Shown piece by piece: positions 7,648-17,165 of a stretch of 64,000 bases of DNA. Made by a program: the position numbers and the translations under genes. The DNA is taken from positions 7,554 to 71,553 of the forward strand of contig JBOGHW010000015.1 of NCBI GenBank assembly GCA_050744865.1. Reading direction: 5' to 3'. The first letter of the stretch is position 1. Every line of letters begins with the position of its first letter. The DNA is from Acidimicrobiales bacterium (GTDB lineage: Bacteria > Actinomycetota > Acidimicrobiia > Acidimicrobiales > Bog-793). Below the pieces are notes generated by a model. That model was not told where the DNA came from. It did not search any database and saw only the letters and a list, made by a program, of their open reading frames with translations.

Positions 7648-10600
7648 ATGCGCAAGCCTGTGCTCGTCAGTCAGGGCCAATCCGTCCTCAGGCGGTTCTT
7701 GGCTGCAGCAGCGTTGACGGCCTGCCTCGTCGCCGCTGTCGCGGATCCCGCGGCCGCGGCCAGCTTGCAAAGGTCGCCGGCTGTCGGGCGTTCCACCGAG
7801 CACGACCCGGGCGGCGTCCGAGCTACCCTGCCCGGGGCACCATTCGTCGACACCACTGTCCCCGAAGGACTCGGCGTCCTCGTGACGTGGACGCCCGACC
7901 CGTCCTCGCAGGGTGTGACGTCCTACGTGCTCGGGGCCACAGTTGCGACGGCATATTCGCGACCTGTCAGCGCGAGCTGCAGCCATCCTTCCCCGACGAC
8001 CGCGCCCGGGGACGACACGGCCGCCCTCGTCACCGGCCTGTGCGCCAAGGTGCCTTACGCCATGACGGTGACGGCCAAAAGCAAGGCGGGAGCCAGCAAA
8101 GGCGGGCTCGCCTCCAACCCGACGGTCCCTCTCCCGCCGCAACCTCCGTCGCAACCGTTGATCACCTCGGTGTTGGCGCGCAGTGCTTCACTCGTGGTCG
8201 CCTGGTCGGCACCGGCGATAGGCGGCGGGGACGCTCTGACGGGCTACCACCTCACCGCGACGGCGACCGGCAGCTCGGTGAGTGAGTCGCTCTCGGCCTC
8301 GACCACCACCGCTACCGTCAAGGGGCTCACGAATGGCACGGAGTATGCCGTTACCCTGGCAGCTTCCTCGAAGGCGGGCAAGTCGGCGGTGTCGACCTCG
8401 TCGGGCACACCGCGCCCTTCCTATGTTCCTGGCTCGCCGCAGGGGCTGCAGGTCACGCCGGACGGGTCGGGCAACCTCGACGTCACATGGTCGGCGCCGG
8501 CCGACTCCGGCGGGGATCCGATCACCGCTTACGACCTCGCCTACCGGCCGGAGCTCTCCGAGAAGGGCACGTGGACGCCGACAGGCTCGGCCACGACGGT
8601 CAAGCTCCCTGCCGCGACGACGAGCACGACTTTGTCGAGCCTGTCAAGCGGCGACTTCTACGCCGTGTCGGTGGCGGCCGTCTCGGCTGCCGGCACCGGT
8701 CAGGCTGCCACCACCAGCACACCGGTGTCGCCAACCACCCAGCTGGCCGCCGGAGCCGTGGTGCTGAGCCACGCCACGATGGACGCTCTCGCTTCAGACG
8801 ACGCCGGGACCCTGACCTGGGATTCCCCTGTGCCTTCACAGGTGAGCTTGCTGTCGGCAGGGGCCGTGCTGATCGGCGGCACTGCCAAAGCGGTACCGAA
8901 CGGCCTGCTCGTGAAAGTCGTTGCCATCGCACCCGGTTCTTCTGGCGCTCTCGAGCTCGACACCGTCCAGGCATCACTGTCAGACGCCTTCTCGAACGTG
9001 AGCGTCAATGCCGCCAACCTTTTCGCAGGTAACGCCGAGCCCCAGCTGAGACCGGCGGTAGCCGGTGTCCGGATCATGCCGCACCTGACCGTCAGCCACA
9101 CGTTCGACCTGGATGTCACCTTGGTCGCCGGTGCGTTCTCGGTCGAAGGCGAGCTGGCGATCACCCCGACCTTCTCTCTCTCGTTCGAGATCAACCATGG
9201 CTTTGTCGACATCCCAGACGGGATATCGATGGCTGTGGCCGCCTCTCTGGGTGTCACCTTCAGCGGCACCATCGCTCTCGGCTACGGCTGCACCGACAGC
9301 GACAGCGACGGCGGCGGCGACGCCACGCTGCGAGGAGTGCGGGAGGGTGGTGAAGGAGGCAGTGGCGACTGCGAGAACGGCGAAGGAGACAGCGAGGGGA
9401 GCGGATGTTGCAAGTTCCTTCTCGCCACGATCAGCGAACCGCCGGTCTACTTCGACGTCGGGGGAGTCCCGGTCGAGGTCACGCCCGAGACGCCGATCTT
9501 CATCACCAGCGAGGGGGAGGTGAGCGCCGACGTCTCGTTTGGTGCCACCATAGGTGCTGCGATCTCGTGGACTTCGGCGCACCCAGCCACCCTTAGCGCC
9601 AAGAACCTCTCCCACCTCGGAGCCCCCACGGGAGGTGCTGAACCAGGGGGAGAGGTCAAGGAGACCGCGACGCTCAGCCTCGAAGTGGATCCCAACCTGG
9701 CCTTCTACGGCCTGGCCGGAGTCAACTTCGAGGTCGACTTCAGCGAGGCGGCCTTCGTCGACTGGACTGCACAGCCCTTCTTCGAGATCGAGACCTACGT
9801 GAAGATCGAGGCCGGCTTCCAGCTGGACTTCTCGCTCGGGCCGATCAACTACAACCAACTCGACGTCACCCTGGCCAAGATCAACGGCCCGAGCTTCGAG
9901 CTCAGCCAACCCTCTCACGCCGAGCTTCTCATAAAGCCCTTGGACGCCCAGGTCGGCGCCCCGGGACGATTACAGCTGACTGCCACCGCCTCGGACGGCG
10001 GCACGTCGAAGGTCTTCTGGGCCCTGGTGGATGGAGCCGCTGGCGACTCGTTGTCGAGTACCGGCTTGCTGAAGGTGGTCGCGCCCGGTGGCCGGCAGGT
10101 CAGGATCGTCGCCTATAACGCCGCGGGAGCAACCGGCGGCACGCTCGTCGAAGTGGCGGGTGCAGGCGATCCGCCGGCTGACGTGACAGGCACCGTTGCG
10201 GCGGGTGGCACTTGCCTCGACGTGTCCTGGCATCGCCCTGCCTCGAGCGGTGGCGTTCCGCTCGCGTCCTACACGGTGCTGACGCAGCCGCCGACCAAGA
10301 CGGTCACGCTCCCGGCTAGCGCTACCAGCACCCGCATCTGCGGCTTGGCGCTCGGCTCGACATACGTCGTTCAGATTTACGACACGAACGCAGACACATT
10401 CACTTCGGCGCCGACGGGCGTGTCGGTAACCACCCCGCAGCGGGGCGCCGTGGGCTCGACCACGACGTCCGAGCTGACACTGCCACCGAACGCGGCGGCC
10501 GACCCGGATACCGACATAGCGGCGGTGGCTTGCCCGAAGGCCGGCTACTGCGTGGTCGTAGGGTCTTACGACACGACGGGCAAGTACTTCGAGGGCATGA

Positions 10601-11823
10601 TCGCCACCATGTCAGACGGCGGCTGGAAGACGATCAAAGAACCGCTCCCGAGCGGGGCAAGCGTGACGGCGGGCTCTTGGCTCGAGGCTCTGTCATGCGC
10701 CTCTGCTTCCTACTGCGTGGCGACCGGCCCGTACTCCGAAGGCGACCTCCCCGAGCAAGTGGCCGACACTTTGACGAACGGTGTTTGGAAGCCCACCGAG
10801 CTCCCTCAGCCGGATCTCGGGGCGGGCGCAGCACTACGTGCCAGAACTGAGCGCCCCCGCCAGCCGAGAATACTGTTACCCGACAACGACGCCTTGTCGT
10901 GCCCAAGTGTCGGGAACTGCGTCAACATGACGTCATATCTGGACACGTGCAACTCCTCGGATCCGGCGCTTCTGGTCGATACGGAGTCGGGTGGCAAGTG
11001 GAAGTCGTCGACAGCACCGATGCCGGCCGGAGCCGATTGCATCATCGGGATCGCCATTTACGCAATCGGCTGCTCGTCGGTCACCTTTTGCGCTGCCGCC
11101 GAGCTGGACGAGTTGAACCTTGAGACTTACATGGAGACTCTCGTCGGAGGTCGCTGGACCCTGAAACAGATGGCTAACCCGATGACGGGCTACCACGGGA
11201 TAGACACCTACGTGAACTCGGTGACCTGCCCGAAAGCCGGGACGTGTATCGCCATAGGTGACGTCGGGGAGCCAACCGAGGCCGGCCCGTTTCCCTTGAT
11301 CGCCACTTTCGCGAAGGGAACCTGGAAGTCGTCCGAGGCGCCGCTTCCTGACAATGCCACCAAGGTGACCTTCGCCGAGGGTTACGCTCCCGGGAGGAGT
11401 GGTTACCTCAGCAGCGTGACGTGCCCTGTGGCGAGCTACTGCATGGCAGTCGGCGGCTACACGGCCGGCAGCTCGGGGCAGCAGACGAACGAAAGCCTTG
11501 TCGACACGCTGATAGGCGGCCACTGGACAGCAGCTGAAGCGCCCTTGGCATCTCCCTACACGTCCGGCGGCCTCAACCTCATCTCGTGCGCGGGGCCGGG
11601 GTCCTGCCTGTTGCTTGGTGGCTCACTCGCCGACACCGTTTACGGGACACGCCTCTTGGGAGGCGTCACGGCAGTGCCGACGGCATTCCAGACAGGGTTC
11701 GAGCAGAGTGGAGTCGCCTATGCCGGCAATGGGCAGTACCTGGTCGTCGGAACCTTCGAGAACAGCTCGGACGCCGAGGAGGGCTTTGCCCAGCTCGTTG
11801 GTATTGCCGGGGCGGCGCCCTGA
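7648..11823 (+). CDS. Large secreted multidomain protein: signal peptide, 3 FN3 domains, unknown beta-rich domain, Big_2-like Ig domain, FN3, 7-repeat Cys-clasped propeller-like C-terminus
   Basis: Start is ATG 7648 (MRKPVLVSQGQSVLRRFLAAAALTACLVAAVADPAAAA) after GGAGGGG. FN3 signatures include LVVAWSAP..GG..LTGYHL and LDVTWSAPADSGGDPITAYDL. A Big_2-like stretch reads LQLTATASDGGTSKVFWALVDG...GLLKVVAPG. There are seven C-x5-C repeats (CPKAGYC, CASASYC, CPSVGNC, CSSVTFC, CPKAGTC, CPVASYC, CAGPGSC). Confidence 0.8.
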   Translation: MRKPVLVSQGQSVLRRFLAAAALTACLVAAVADPAAAASLQRSPAVGRSTEHDPGGVRATLPGAPFVDTTVPEGLGVLVTWTPDPSSQGVTSYVLGATVATAYSRPVSASCSHPSPTTAPGDDTAALVTGLCAKVPYAMTVTAKSKAGASKGGLASNPTVPLPPQPPSQPLITSVLARSASLVVAWSAPAIGGGDALTGYHLTATATGSSVSESLSASTTTATVKGLTNGTEYAVTLAASSKAGKSAVSTSSGTPRPSYVPGSPQGLQVTPDGSGNLDVTWSAPADSGGDPITAYDLAYRPELSEKGTWTPTGSATTVKLPAATTSTTLSSLSSGDFYAVSVAAVSAAGTGQAATTSTPVSPTTQLAAGAVVLSHATMDALASDDAGTLTWDSPVPSQVSLLSAGAVLIGGTAKAVPNGLLVKVVAIAPGSSGALELDTVQASLSDAFSNVSVNAANLFAGNAEPQLRPAVAGVRIMPHLTVSHTFDLDVTLVAGAFSVEGELAITPTFSLSFEINHGFVDIPDGISMAVAASLGVTFSGTIALGYGCTDSDSDGGGDATLRGVREGGEGGSGDCENGEGDSEGSGCCKFLLATISEPPVYFDVGGVPVEVTPETPIFITSEGEVSADVSFGATIGAAISWTSAHPATLSAKNLSHLGAPTGGAEPGGEVKETATLSLEVDPNLAFYGLAGVNFEVDFSEAAFVDWTAQPFFEIETYVKIEAGFQLDFSLGPINYNQLDVTLAKINGPSFELSQPSHAELLIKPLDAQVGAPGRLQLTATASDGGTSKVFWALVDGAAGDSLSSTGLLKVVAPGGRQVRIVAYNAAGATGGTLVEVAGAGDPPADVTGTVAAGGTCLDVSWHRPASSGGVPLASYTVLTQPPTKTVTLPASATSTRICGLALGSTYVVQIYDTNADTFTSAPTGVSVTTPQRGAVGSTTTSELTLPPNAAADPDTDIAAVACPKAGYCVVVGSYDTTGKYFEGMIATMSDGGWKTIKEPLPSGASVTAGSWLEALSCASASYCVATGPYSEGDLPEQVADTLTNGVWKPTELPQPDLGAGAALRARTERPRQPRILLPDNDALSCPSVGNCVNMTSYLDTCNSSDPALLVDTESGGKWKSSTAPMPAGADCIIGIAIYAIGCSSVTFCAAAELDELNLETYMETLVGGRWTLKQMANPMTGYHGIDTYVNSVTCPKAGTCIAIGDVGEPTEAGPFPLIATFAKGTWKSSEAPLPDNATKVTFAEGYAPGRSGYLSSVTCPVASYCMAVGGYTAGSSGQQTNESLVDTLIGGHWTAAEAPLASPYTSGGLNLISCAGPGSCLLLGGSLADTVYGTRLLGGVTAVPTAFQTGFEQSGVAYAGNGQYLVVGTFENSSDAEEGFAQLVGIAGAAP

Positions 11824-11944
11824 GTCCAGCCCAGACGATCGAGGATTGTGCCGGCTTCAGCCGGGTCGGGCGACCTGTCGGGCGGCTCTTTCGAGCAGCC
11901 TCAGGACATGAACAGGGCGCGAGGCGTTCGCGCGCGAAATACTA

Positions 11945-12370
11945 TTGGCCGTGACCGACGCTGTGAGCTATGAGTGGCGCGGGGCCGTCGAGGAGTTGGA
12001 GCTCGATTGGCTTCATGCTGAGGCCTTCGACCACCCCCCAGTGCCGGCCGAGTGGCAACGGCAGCTCGAGCAGCACAGCCTCGGCTGGGTGTGCGCCCGG
12101 CAGGACGACGAGCTGGTCGGATTCGTCAAAGTGATCTGGGACGGGGGCAATCATGCCTTCATCCTCGACACGGCCGTGCTTCCCGGATCGCAACGGCAAG
12201 GTGTGGGCGGTGGTCTCGTACGGTCGGCCGCCGACCATGCTCGCGATGCCGGGGCCACCTGGCTCCACGTCGACTTCGACCGGGATCTCGCCGACTTCTT
12301 CCTGGCCTGCGGCTTCTACCCGGTCGAGGGAGGCCGCCTCGAATTGGGGCAGGGGGCTTTCCCCGAGTAA
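11945..12370 (+). CDS. GNAT-family N-acetyltransferase
   Basis: 141 aa. The acetyl-CoA binding motif region is VLPGSQRQGVGGGLVRSAADHARDAG (Q/RxxGxG/A). The start codon (TTG 11945 or GTG 11951) is uncertain. Confidence 0.7.
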   Translation: MAVTDAVSYEWRGAVEELELDWLHAEAFDHPPVPAEWQRQLEQHSLGWVCARQDDELVGFVKVIWDGGNHAFILDTAVLPGSQRQGVGGGLVRSAADHARDAGATWLHVDFDRDLADFFLACGFYPVEGGRLELGQGAFPE

Positions 12371-12398
12371 CCCGGCAGCTCAGCTGCGCCGTCTCTCG

Positions 12399-12471
12399 CT
12401 CCGGGGGAGAGACTCGAACTCTCAACGCCGCGGTTAACAGCCGCGTGCTCTGCCAATTGAGCTACCCCGGA
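12399..12471 (-). tRNA. tRNA-Asn (anticodon GTT)
   Basis: A 73-nt cloverleaf folded by hand. Acceptor is TCCGGGG/CCCCGGA and the D arm is GCTC-AATTGGCA-GAGC. The anticodon arm is CGCGG-CTGTTAA-CCGCG and the T arm is GAGAG-TTCGAGT-CTCTC. The discriminator is G and CCA is not encoded. Confidence 0.92.
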
Positions 12472-12525
12472 CGGACACCCGACGCTTTCGCACCGGCCAC
12501 GTCATCCTATCTGAGCGGTGCTGCC

Positions 12526-13638
12526 CTATAACGATGTCGACGTCCAACCCTGATTCTCGCCATCGGGCGTGTCCTGCCATTGAGTCCCGTCCCAGCGCTT
12601 GGCCGAAATCCAGGACGTGCCATTCCAGTAGCGGAGGTGGTGCTGGTGGCCGGACACGGCGTACCAGCCAGCTTCGGGAGGACCCTCTGATGAGTCCGCC
12701 ACCGCAGGTATGCCGCCGCTGGCTCGGTAGGAGCTGCTTGGCTCGTCGAAGCCGTCGCGGGAGCGAGCCGCAGAACCGCTGTCGGGAGACGAGCTATGCG
12801 GGGTTCCCGGGGCGACGTACGCCCCACCCCCCTGGCCCGGGTACGCCCAACCCCCCTGGCCGGCGTACGGTTCGGCGTAAGGCCCGGCAGAGGGATGGTC
12901 GAAGCCGCCCGCCTGCGCGCCGGTGAGGGCGGCGATGGGCTCGGGGTGGCGAGACCTGTGGATCCGGTAGGCCACCAGGAGGAGGATGACGAGGATCACA
13001 CCGCCGACGATCTCGAGCGTTGTATGCGAGCCGGGAACCGGTATGCCGCCGGCGGGGATCTCGCCGGACTCGTTTTGCGCGATGCCGGTCACTTGGTCGG
13101 TGCTGATGCCGTCACCCTGGATGAGCACGACTGCGTTGCCCTGTAAGAACGCCACTGTGGTCACGGGCGAATACCCCGACGAATCGGTACCAGGACAGAC
13201 ACCTTCGAGCGAATCCGGAACGCCGACGACAGCGCTCGTCGAGGTCGGCAGCTGCCGTGTCGCCGAGTCGCACATCCCGTCAAGGGTGGAAGCGGGAGCG
13301 CCCGAGACGGCAGTGTTCTTGGTCAGGAGCTGGATGACGGCTATGACCAACACGCCGGCCGTTGGCGCTTGGCCGGCCCAGGCTTCGAGGCCCACCTGCA
13401 CGCTGATGCCTTCGTTCTGGAACTCGTTCTGCAGCTCGGTGGCTATCGGCTGAACCTGGTCGGGCGGGACGACGACCCAACCGGGAACCGGGTCGGCGAT
13501 GATGTACTGGTCGATCGACGCTGCCGCGGCTGGACTGGCGGACAGCAGCAAGCAGGCGAGCATGACGGCCACGCCAAGGCCATGGCTGGGGCGGCAAAGC
13601 GTTCCCCGGCGCCGGGCTGCCTCGGGGGGTCGCGCCAT
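12526..13638 (-). CDS. Single-pass membrane protein with C-terminal DUF2510-like domain
   Basis: 370 aa. It has an N-terminal signal/anchor (VMLACLLLSASPAAAAS) and a central TM (LEIVGGVILVILLLVAYRI). A Gly/Pro/Tyr-rich linker follows. The C-terminal GWYAVSGHQHHLRYWNGTSWISAKRWDGTQWQD resembles the GWYPDP..RYWDG..WT DUF2510 motif. The start codon is uncertain. Confidence 0.6.
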   Translation of the reverse strand: MARPPEAARRRGTLCRPSHGLGVAVMLACLLLSASPAAAASIDQYIIADPVPGWVVVPPDQVQPIATELQNEFQNEGISVQVGLEAWAGQAPTAGVLVIAVIQLLTKNTAVSGAPASTLDGMCDSATRQLPTSTSAVVGVPDSLEGVCPGTDSSGYSPVTTVAFLQGNAVVLIQGDGISTDQVTGIAQNESGEIPAGGIPVPGSHTTLEIVGGVILVILLLVAYRIHRSRHPEPIAALTGAQAGGFDHPSAGPYAEPYAGQGGWAYPGQGGGAYVAPGTPHSSSPDSGSAARSRDGFDEPSSSYRASGGIPAVADSSEGPPEAGWYAVSGHQHHLRYWNGTSWISAKRWDGTQWQDTPDGENQGWTSTSL

Positions 13639-13797
13639 GGCGCCGGAGCATATCCCGTCGGCGACGAATCTCCTAGAGACGCCACCGGGGCCACCGGGAC
13701 CGCCGGGACCGCCACCGGGTACGAGATGGTCCCCGTGAGGCGCGAGAATCGGACCGAACAGGTGGCGTCTGCCCGACCAGAGGGATAAGAGTGAGTC

Positions 13798-14097
13798 ATG
13801 CGATTCAAGACAGGTTTCGTCGTCGGATGCGCCGCAGGGGCGTGGGCCGCTGCCAAGGCCGCGGAGCTACGACGGCTCGATCGGCGCGACGCCAGCTGGC
13901 CGCGGGTGGTTGGTTCGCGCGCCAAGACCGTGAGCGCCGAGGTCGCAGCCGACAAGGTGAGAGTCGTCAGCGACCTCGCCCGCCAGCGCGTGAACGGCCT
14001 CATGGAAGGTCATCTTGGCGTCACCACCCGGCAACGCGTTACCGAGATAATCACTACGACGTTGCGCCAGTCGTCGGGTTCCGCACGAGGCCGCTGA
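13798..14097 (+). CDS. Hypothetical small protein (99 aa)
   Basis: An ATG is preceded by GAGGGATAAGAG. It has an N-terminal amphipathic/hydrophobic segment (GFVVGCAAGAWAAAKAA). I recognise no family. The codon bias looks genomic. Confidence 0.45.
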   Translation: MRFKTGFVVGCAAGAWAAAKAAELRRLDRRDASWPRVVGSRAKTVSAEVAADKVRVVSDLARQRVNGLMEGHLGVTTRQRVTEIITTTLRQSSGSARGR

Positions 14098-14122
14098 GGC
14101 CCAGCTGGAGGACTAGTCGGGA

Positions 14123-15211
14123 CTAGTCGCCGTCGACGTAGTCCTTGAGTGGCCGCGAGACCATCGGGTGGCGCAGCTTGGCGAGCGTCTTCATCTCGAT
14201 CTGGCGGATCCGCTCGCGGGTAACCCCGAAGATCTGGCCGACCTCCTCGAGGGTCCGGACACGGCCGTCGTCCAACCCAAAACGCAGCCTCACCACCTCC
14301 TGCTCCCTCTCGTTCAGCTCGTCCAGTGCGCGCTTGACGGCTTCGTTCAGCAGCATCCTGGTGGCGGCGTCCGCCGGCACCTCGGCGGTCTGGTCTTCGA
14401 TCAGATCCGAGAGACTGAAGTCCTCCTCGTCACCTAAGGGCTGCTCGAGTGAGATGGTGTCCTGGCTGATCCGCTGCAGCTCGCGCACTCGCTCCACGGG
14501 GTACTGGATGCGGTCGGCGACTTCCTCCACCGTCGGCTCGCGGCCGAGCTCCTGGGAGAGTTGGCGCTGGGCACGCATGACTTTGTTGATCGTCTCGACC
14601 ATGTGGACGGGAATCCGGATCGTACGGCCCTGGTCGGCGACGGCGCGGGTGATCGCCTGGCGGATCCACCAAGTCGCGTAAGTCGAGAACTTGAAGCCGC
14701 GGCGGTAGTCGAACTTCTCCACTGCCCGCATCAGGCCGAGGTTGCCTTCCTGGATGAGGTCGAGGAAGGCCATTCCCCTGTTGCGGTAGCGCTTGGCTAT
14801 CGAGACCACGAGACGGAGGTTGGCCTCGATGAGCAGGTCCTTGGCTTCCTGGCCGAGCCTGATCGTTCGCTCGACCTGGCGACGCTCGGCGAACGGCACG
14901 TCTTCCAGCCGGTCTTCGGCCACCCAGGAGTCGTGGATGGCCGACGCCTCCGTGCCCGCCTCGATCTGCTGGGCGCAGACGGTCTCGAGCTCTGGCGTGA
15001 GGAGGGCAACCCGCCCGATCTCTTTGAGGTAAGCGCGGACCGGGTCGGTCCCGAGCTGCTGGCTGCCGTGGTAGTCGCTGATCGAAAGAGCAGATGCGAC
15101 CCGGTTATGGCGAGCCCTCTTGTCAGGCGGGGCAGCGCCCTGGCTGCCTGGCTCCGGGTCGTCGGGCGAGGACGACGCCAGCTCTGAGGACGGTCCGCCC
15201 GGTTCGCTCAT
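14123..15211 (-). CDS. rpoD: RNA polymerase sigma-70 family factor, primary-like (group 1/2)
   Basis: 362 aa. Region 2 reads [42 protein letters not shown]. Region 3 is [13 protein letters not shown]. Region 4 is [20 protein letters not shown]. It lies 4 nt downstream of dnaG. Confidence 0.9.
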   Translation of the reverse strand: MSEPGGPSSELASSSPDDPEPGSQGAAPPDKRARHNRVASALSISDYHGSQQLGTDPVRAYLKEIGRVALLTPELETVCAQQIEAGTEASAIHDSWVAEDRLEDVPFAERRQVERTIRLGQEAKDLLIEANLRLVVSIAKRYRNRGMAFLDLIQEGNLGLMRAVEKFDYRRGFKFSTYATWWIRQAITRAVADQGRTIRIPVHMVETINKVMRAQRQLSQELGREPTVEEVADRIQYPVERVRELQRISQDTISLEQPLGDEEDFSLSDLIEDQTAEVPADAATRMLLNEAVKRALDELNEREQEVVRLRFGLDDGRVRTLEEVGQIFGVTRERIRQIEMKTLAKLRHPMVSRPLKDYVDGD

Positions 15212-15215
15212 GTGC

Positions 15216-17147
15216 TCACGCCTCCTCCCCTCGGCGACTTACTAGCCACCCTAACAAGGTGTCGGCGGATTCGGTCACGGCTTGCGGGGTCGTGTCGCCG
15301 ACCCCCGGATCCGACAGCATCTGCAAGAGCGGCTTGACCCACTGCAGGGTGGCCGCCGCCTGCATCAGCAGGTCGTCCTGGCCTGCCGCCTCGGCCTTGC
15401 GAGCATCGGACTCGAGGTCGCCCACGGCTCTAGTGGTGGCCGTCCGGACCAACGCCACCACCGTCTGGTCCGAGCTGGCGGCAGGCTCGCTGACGGCCAG
15501 CCGCCGGAGAAGATCGGCGGCAGGCTCGCTGGCAGCTTCGATCGCTTCGTGCAGGCTGGCGGCGCTCGCCAGGGCTTCGTAGGCCGCTCTCTGCACCGGG
15601 TCGACGAAGAGCGAGACGTCTAGCCGGGGCGCCATCACGGCGGGCTGGTGGACTGCCAGGGCAAGGGCGTCCAGGCCGGCACGCTCCCCAGGGATCTGGC
15701 GGCGCGCCGCGACAGGGCGCGACGGCTGCCAGTCGCTGCCGTCGCCTGGGTCGTCCCGTGGCGGTGGCGCGTCGTCCCGGACGCCCTCCCGCGTGCCCCT
15801 GGAAGGTTGCGAGGGCTTGAAGCCGCCCTGGTCCAGCAAGTTCCGCAGCCTGTCGACCGATATCCGCGTGTGGTCGGCAATCGTGACGAGGTACTGGTCC
15901 CGGATGAGGGCGTTGTTAGGGTGCTCGGCGATCATTGCCACGGCAGTCTCAGCCGCCCGGGCCCGGCCCTCCGGCGACCGCAGGTTCCCCGAGGTGAGAG
16001 CCCGGTCGACCCGCCAGCCCAGGAACGGCCTGGCACCCTTGACGGCCGCTCTCAGCGCTTCGGGATCCTCCCTGGCCAGCTCGCCCGGGTCGCTGCCCAA
16101 AGGGAGGGGAGCGACGGACACCTCGACCTCGTCGCGCGCTTCCCAAGCATAGAAACGTGCCGCGGCCGACTGCCCGGCCGTATCCGCGTCGAAGGCGAGC
16201 ACTACTTTCTTGGCGAAACGAGCGATCAACCTGAAGTGCTCGTCGGTGAGCGCCGTGCCACAGGTCGCCACCGCCCGCGTGACACCGGTGGTGAACAAGC
16301 CGATGACATCGGTGTACCCCTCGCAGACGACGATCTCGCCCTCCTGGACGATCCCCTGCCGAGCCCAGTTGAGCCCGTAGAGCGTGCGCCGTTTCGAATA
16401 GATGGGGCTCTCTGGTGAGTTGCGGTACTTGGGCTGCGGCTGACCGCTACGGCTTGCGTCGCCACCCCGGTCGCCGGAGTTGCCGGCGCCGCCTTCGGGC
16501 AGGACGCGCCCGCCGAGGGCTATCGCGGCACCCGCCGGATCGAAGATGGGGAACATCACCCGCCCCCTGAAGCTGTCTTCGGTCCCGCGGCCGCCCTTGT
16601 GAGCCAGTCCCGCCTTGACGAGAATGGCGTCGGGTGACCCGAGCCCTTGTACGAGCTCGCTGCCGCGTTCGGGCGACCAGCCGAGCTTGAACTGCCGCAC
16701 GACGTCGCCGTCGTATCCCCGCGAGCGCAAGTACTGCCTGGCTCGGGCGGCGTCGGCGTGGTGGAGGAGGCGGTCGTGGTAGAAGGCCACGGCCTCTGCC
16801 ATCACCTTCTTCAGAGCCTGTTGCTCCTCCCGCTCGGCACGCCCCTTGCCGCCGGCCTCGTGCCGGATGGCGATGCCCGCCCGGGACGCCAGGCGCTCTA
16901 CAGCCTCGACGAAGTCGTAACCCTCGATGGCCCGCAGGAAGCCGATTGCGTCGCCCGACGCCTGGCAACCGAAGCAGTAGTACAGGCCCTCCTCGCCGTT
17001 CACGCTGAACGACCCCGTCTTCTCGGCGTGGAAAGGACAGAGCCCGACGCTGCGGCGGCCGACTCGCTTGAGTGGTGTGTACTCGCCGATGAGGGTGACG
17101 ATGTCCGTCGCGCTTCGCACTTGGGCGACGTCTTCGTCGGGAACCAT
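15216..17147 (-). CDS. dnaG: DNA primase DnaG
   Basis: 643 aa. The zinc ribbon is [25 protein letters not shown]. The TOPRIM motifs are VVCEGYTDV and [10 protein letters not shown]. Confidence 0.95.
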   Translation of the reverse strand: MVPDEDVAQVRSATDIVTLIGEYTPLKRVGRRSVGLCPFHAEKTGSFSVNGEEGLYYCFGCQASGDAIGFLRAIEGYDFVEAVERLASRAGIAIRHEAGGKGRAEREEQQALKKVMAEAVAFYHDRLLHHADAARARQYLRSRGYDGDVVRQFKLGWSPERGSELVQGLGSPDAILVKAGLAHKGGRGTEDSFRGRVMFPIFDPAGAAIALGGRVLPEGGAGNSGDRGGDASRSGQPQPKYRNSPESPIYSKRRTLYGLNWARQGIVQEGEIVVCEGYTDVIGLFTTGVTRAVATCGTALTDEHFRLIARFAKKVVLAFDADTAGQSAAARFYAWEARDEVEVSVAPLPLGSDPGELAREDPEALRAAVKGARPFLGWRVDRALTSGNLRSPEGRARAAETAVAMIAEHPNNALIRDQYLVTIADHTRISVDRLRNLLDQGGFKPSQPSRGTREGVRDDAPPPRDDPGDGSDWQPSRPVAARRQIPGERAGLDALALAVHQPAVMAPRLDVSLFVDPVQRAAYEALASAASLHEAIEAASEPAADLLRRLAVSEPAASSDQTVVALVRTATTRAVGDLESDARKAEAAGQDDLLMQAAATLQWVKPLLQMLSDPGVGDTTPQAVTESADTLLGWLVSRRGEEA

Positions 17148-17165
17148 CAGGCGAACGGTACCCGC

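Noticed and set aside
12371-13700. tRNA-Asn as the attachment site of a genomic island.
   Set aside because: There is no integrase or recombinase. I saw no direct repeat of the tRNA 3' end nearby. No compositional shift is evident in the flanking GNAT or DUF2510-type genes.
14112-14127. Palindrome ACTAGTC-GG-GACTAGT between the small ORF and rpoD, considered as a bidirectional terminator.
   Set aside because: The stem is only 7 bp with a 2-nt loop, which is sterically poor. It overlaps the rpoD stop codon and has no U-tract. That is too weak to call.
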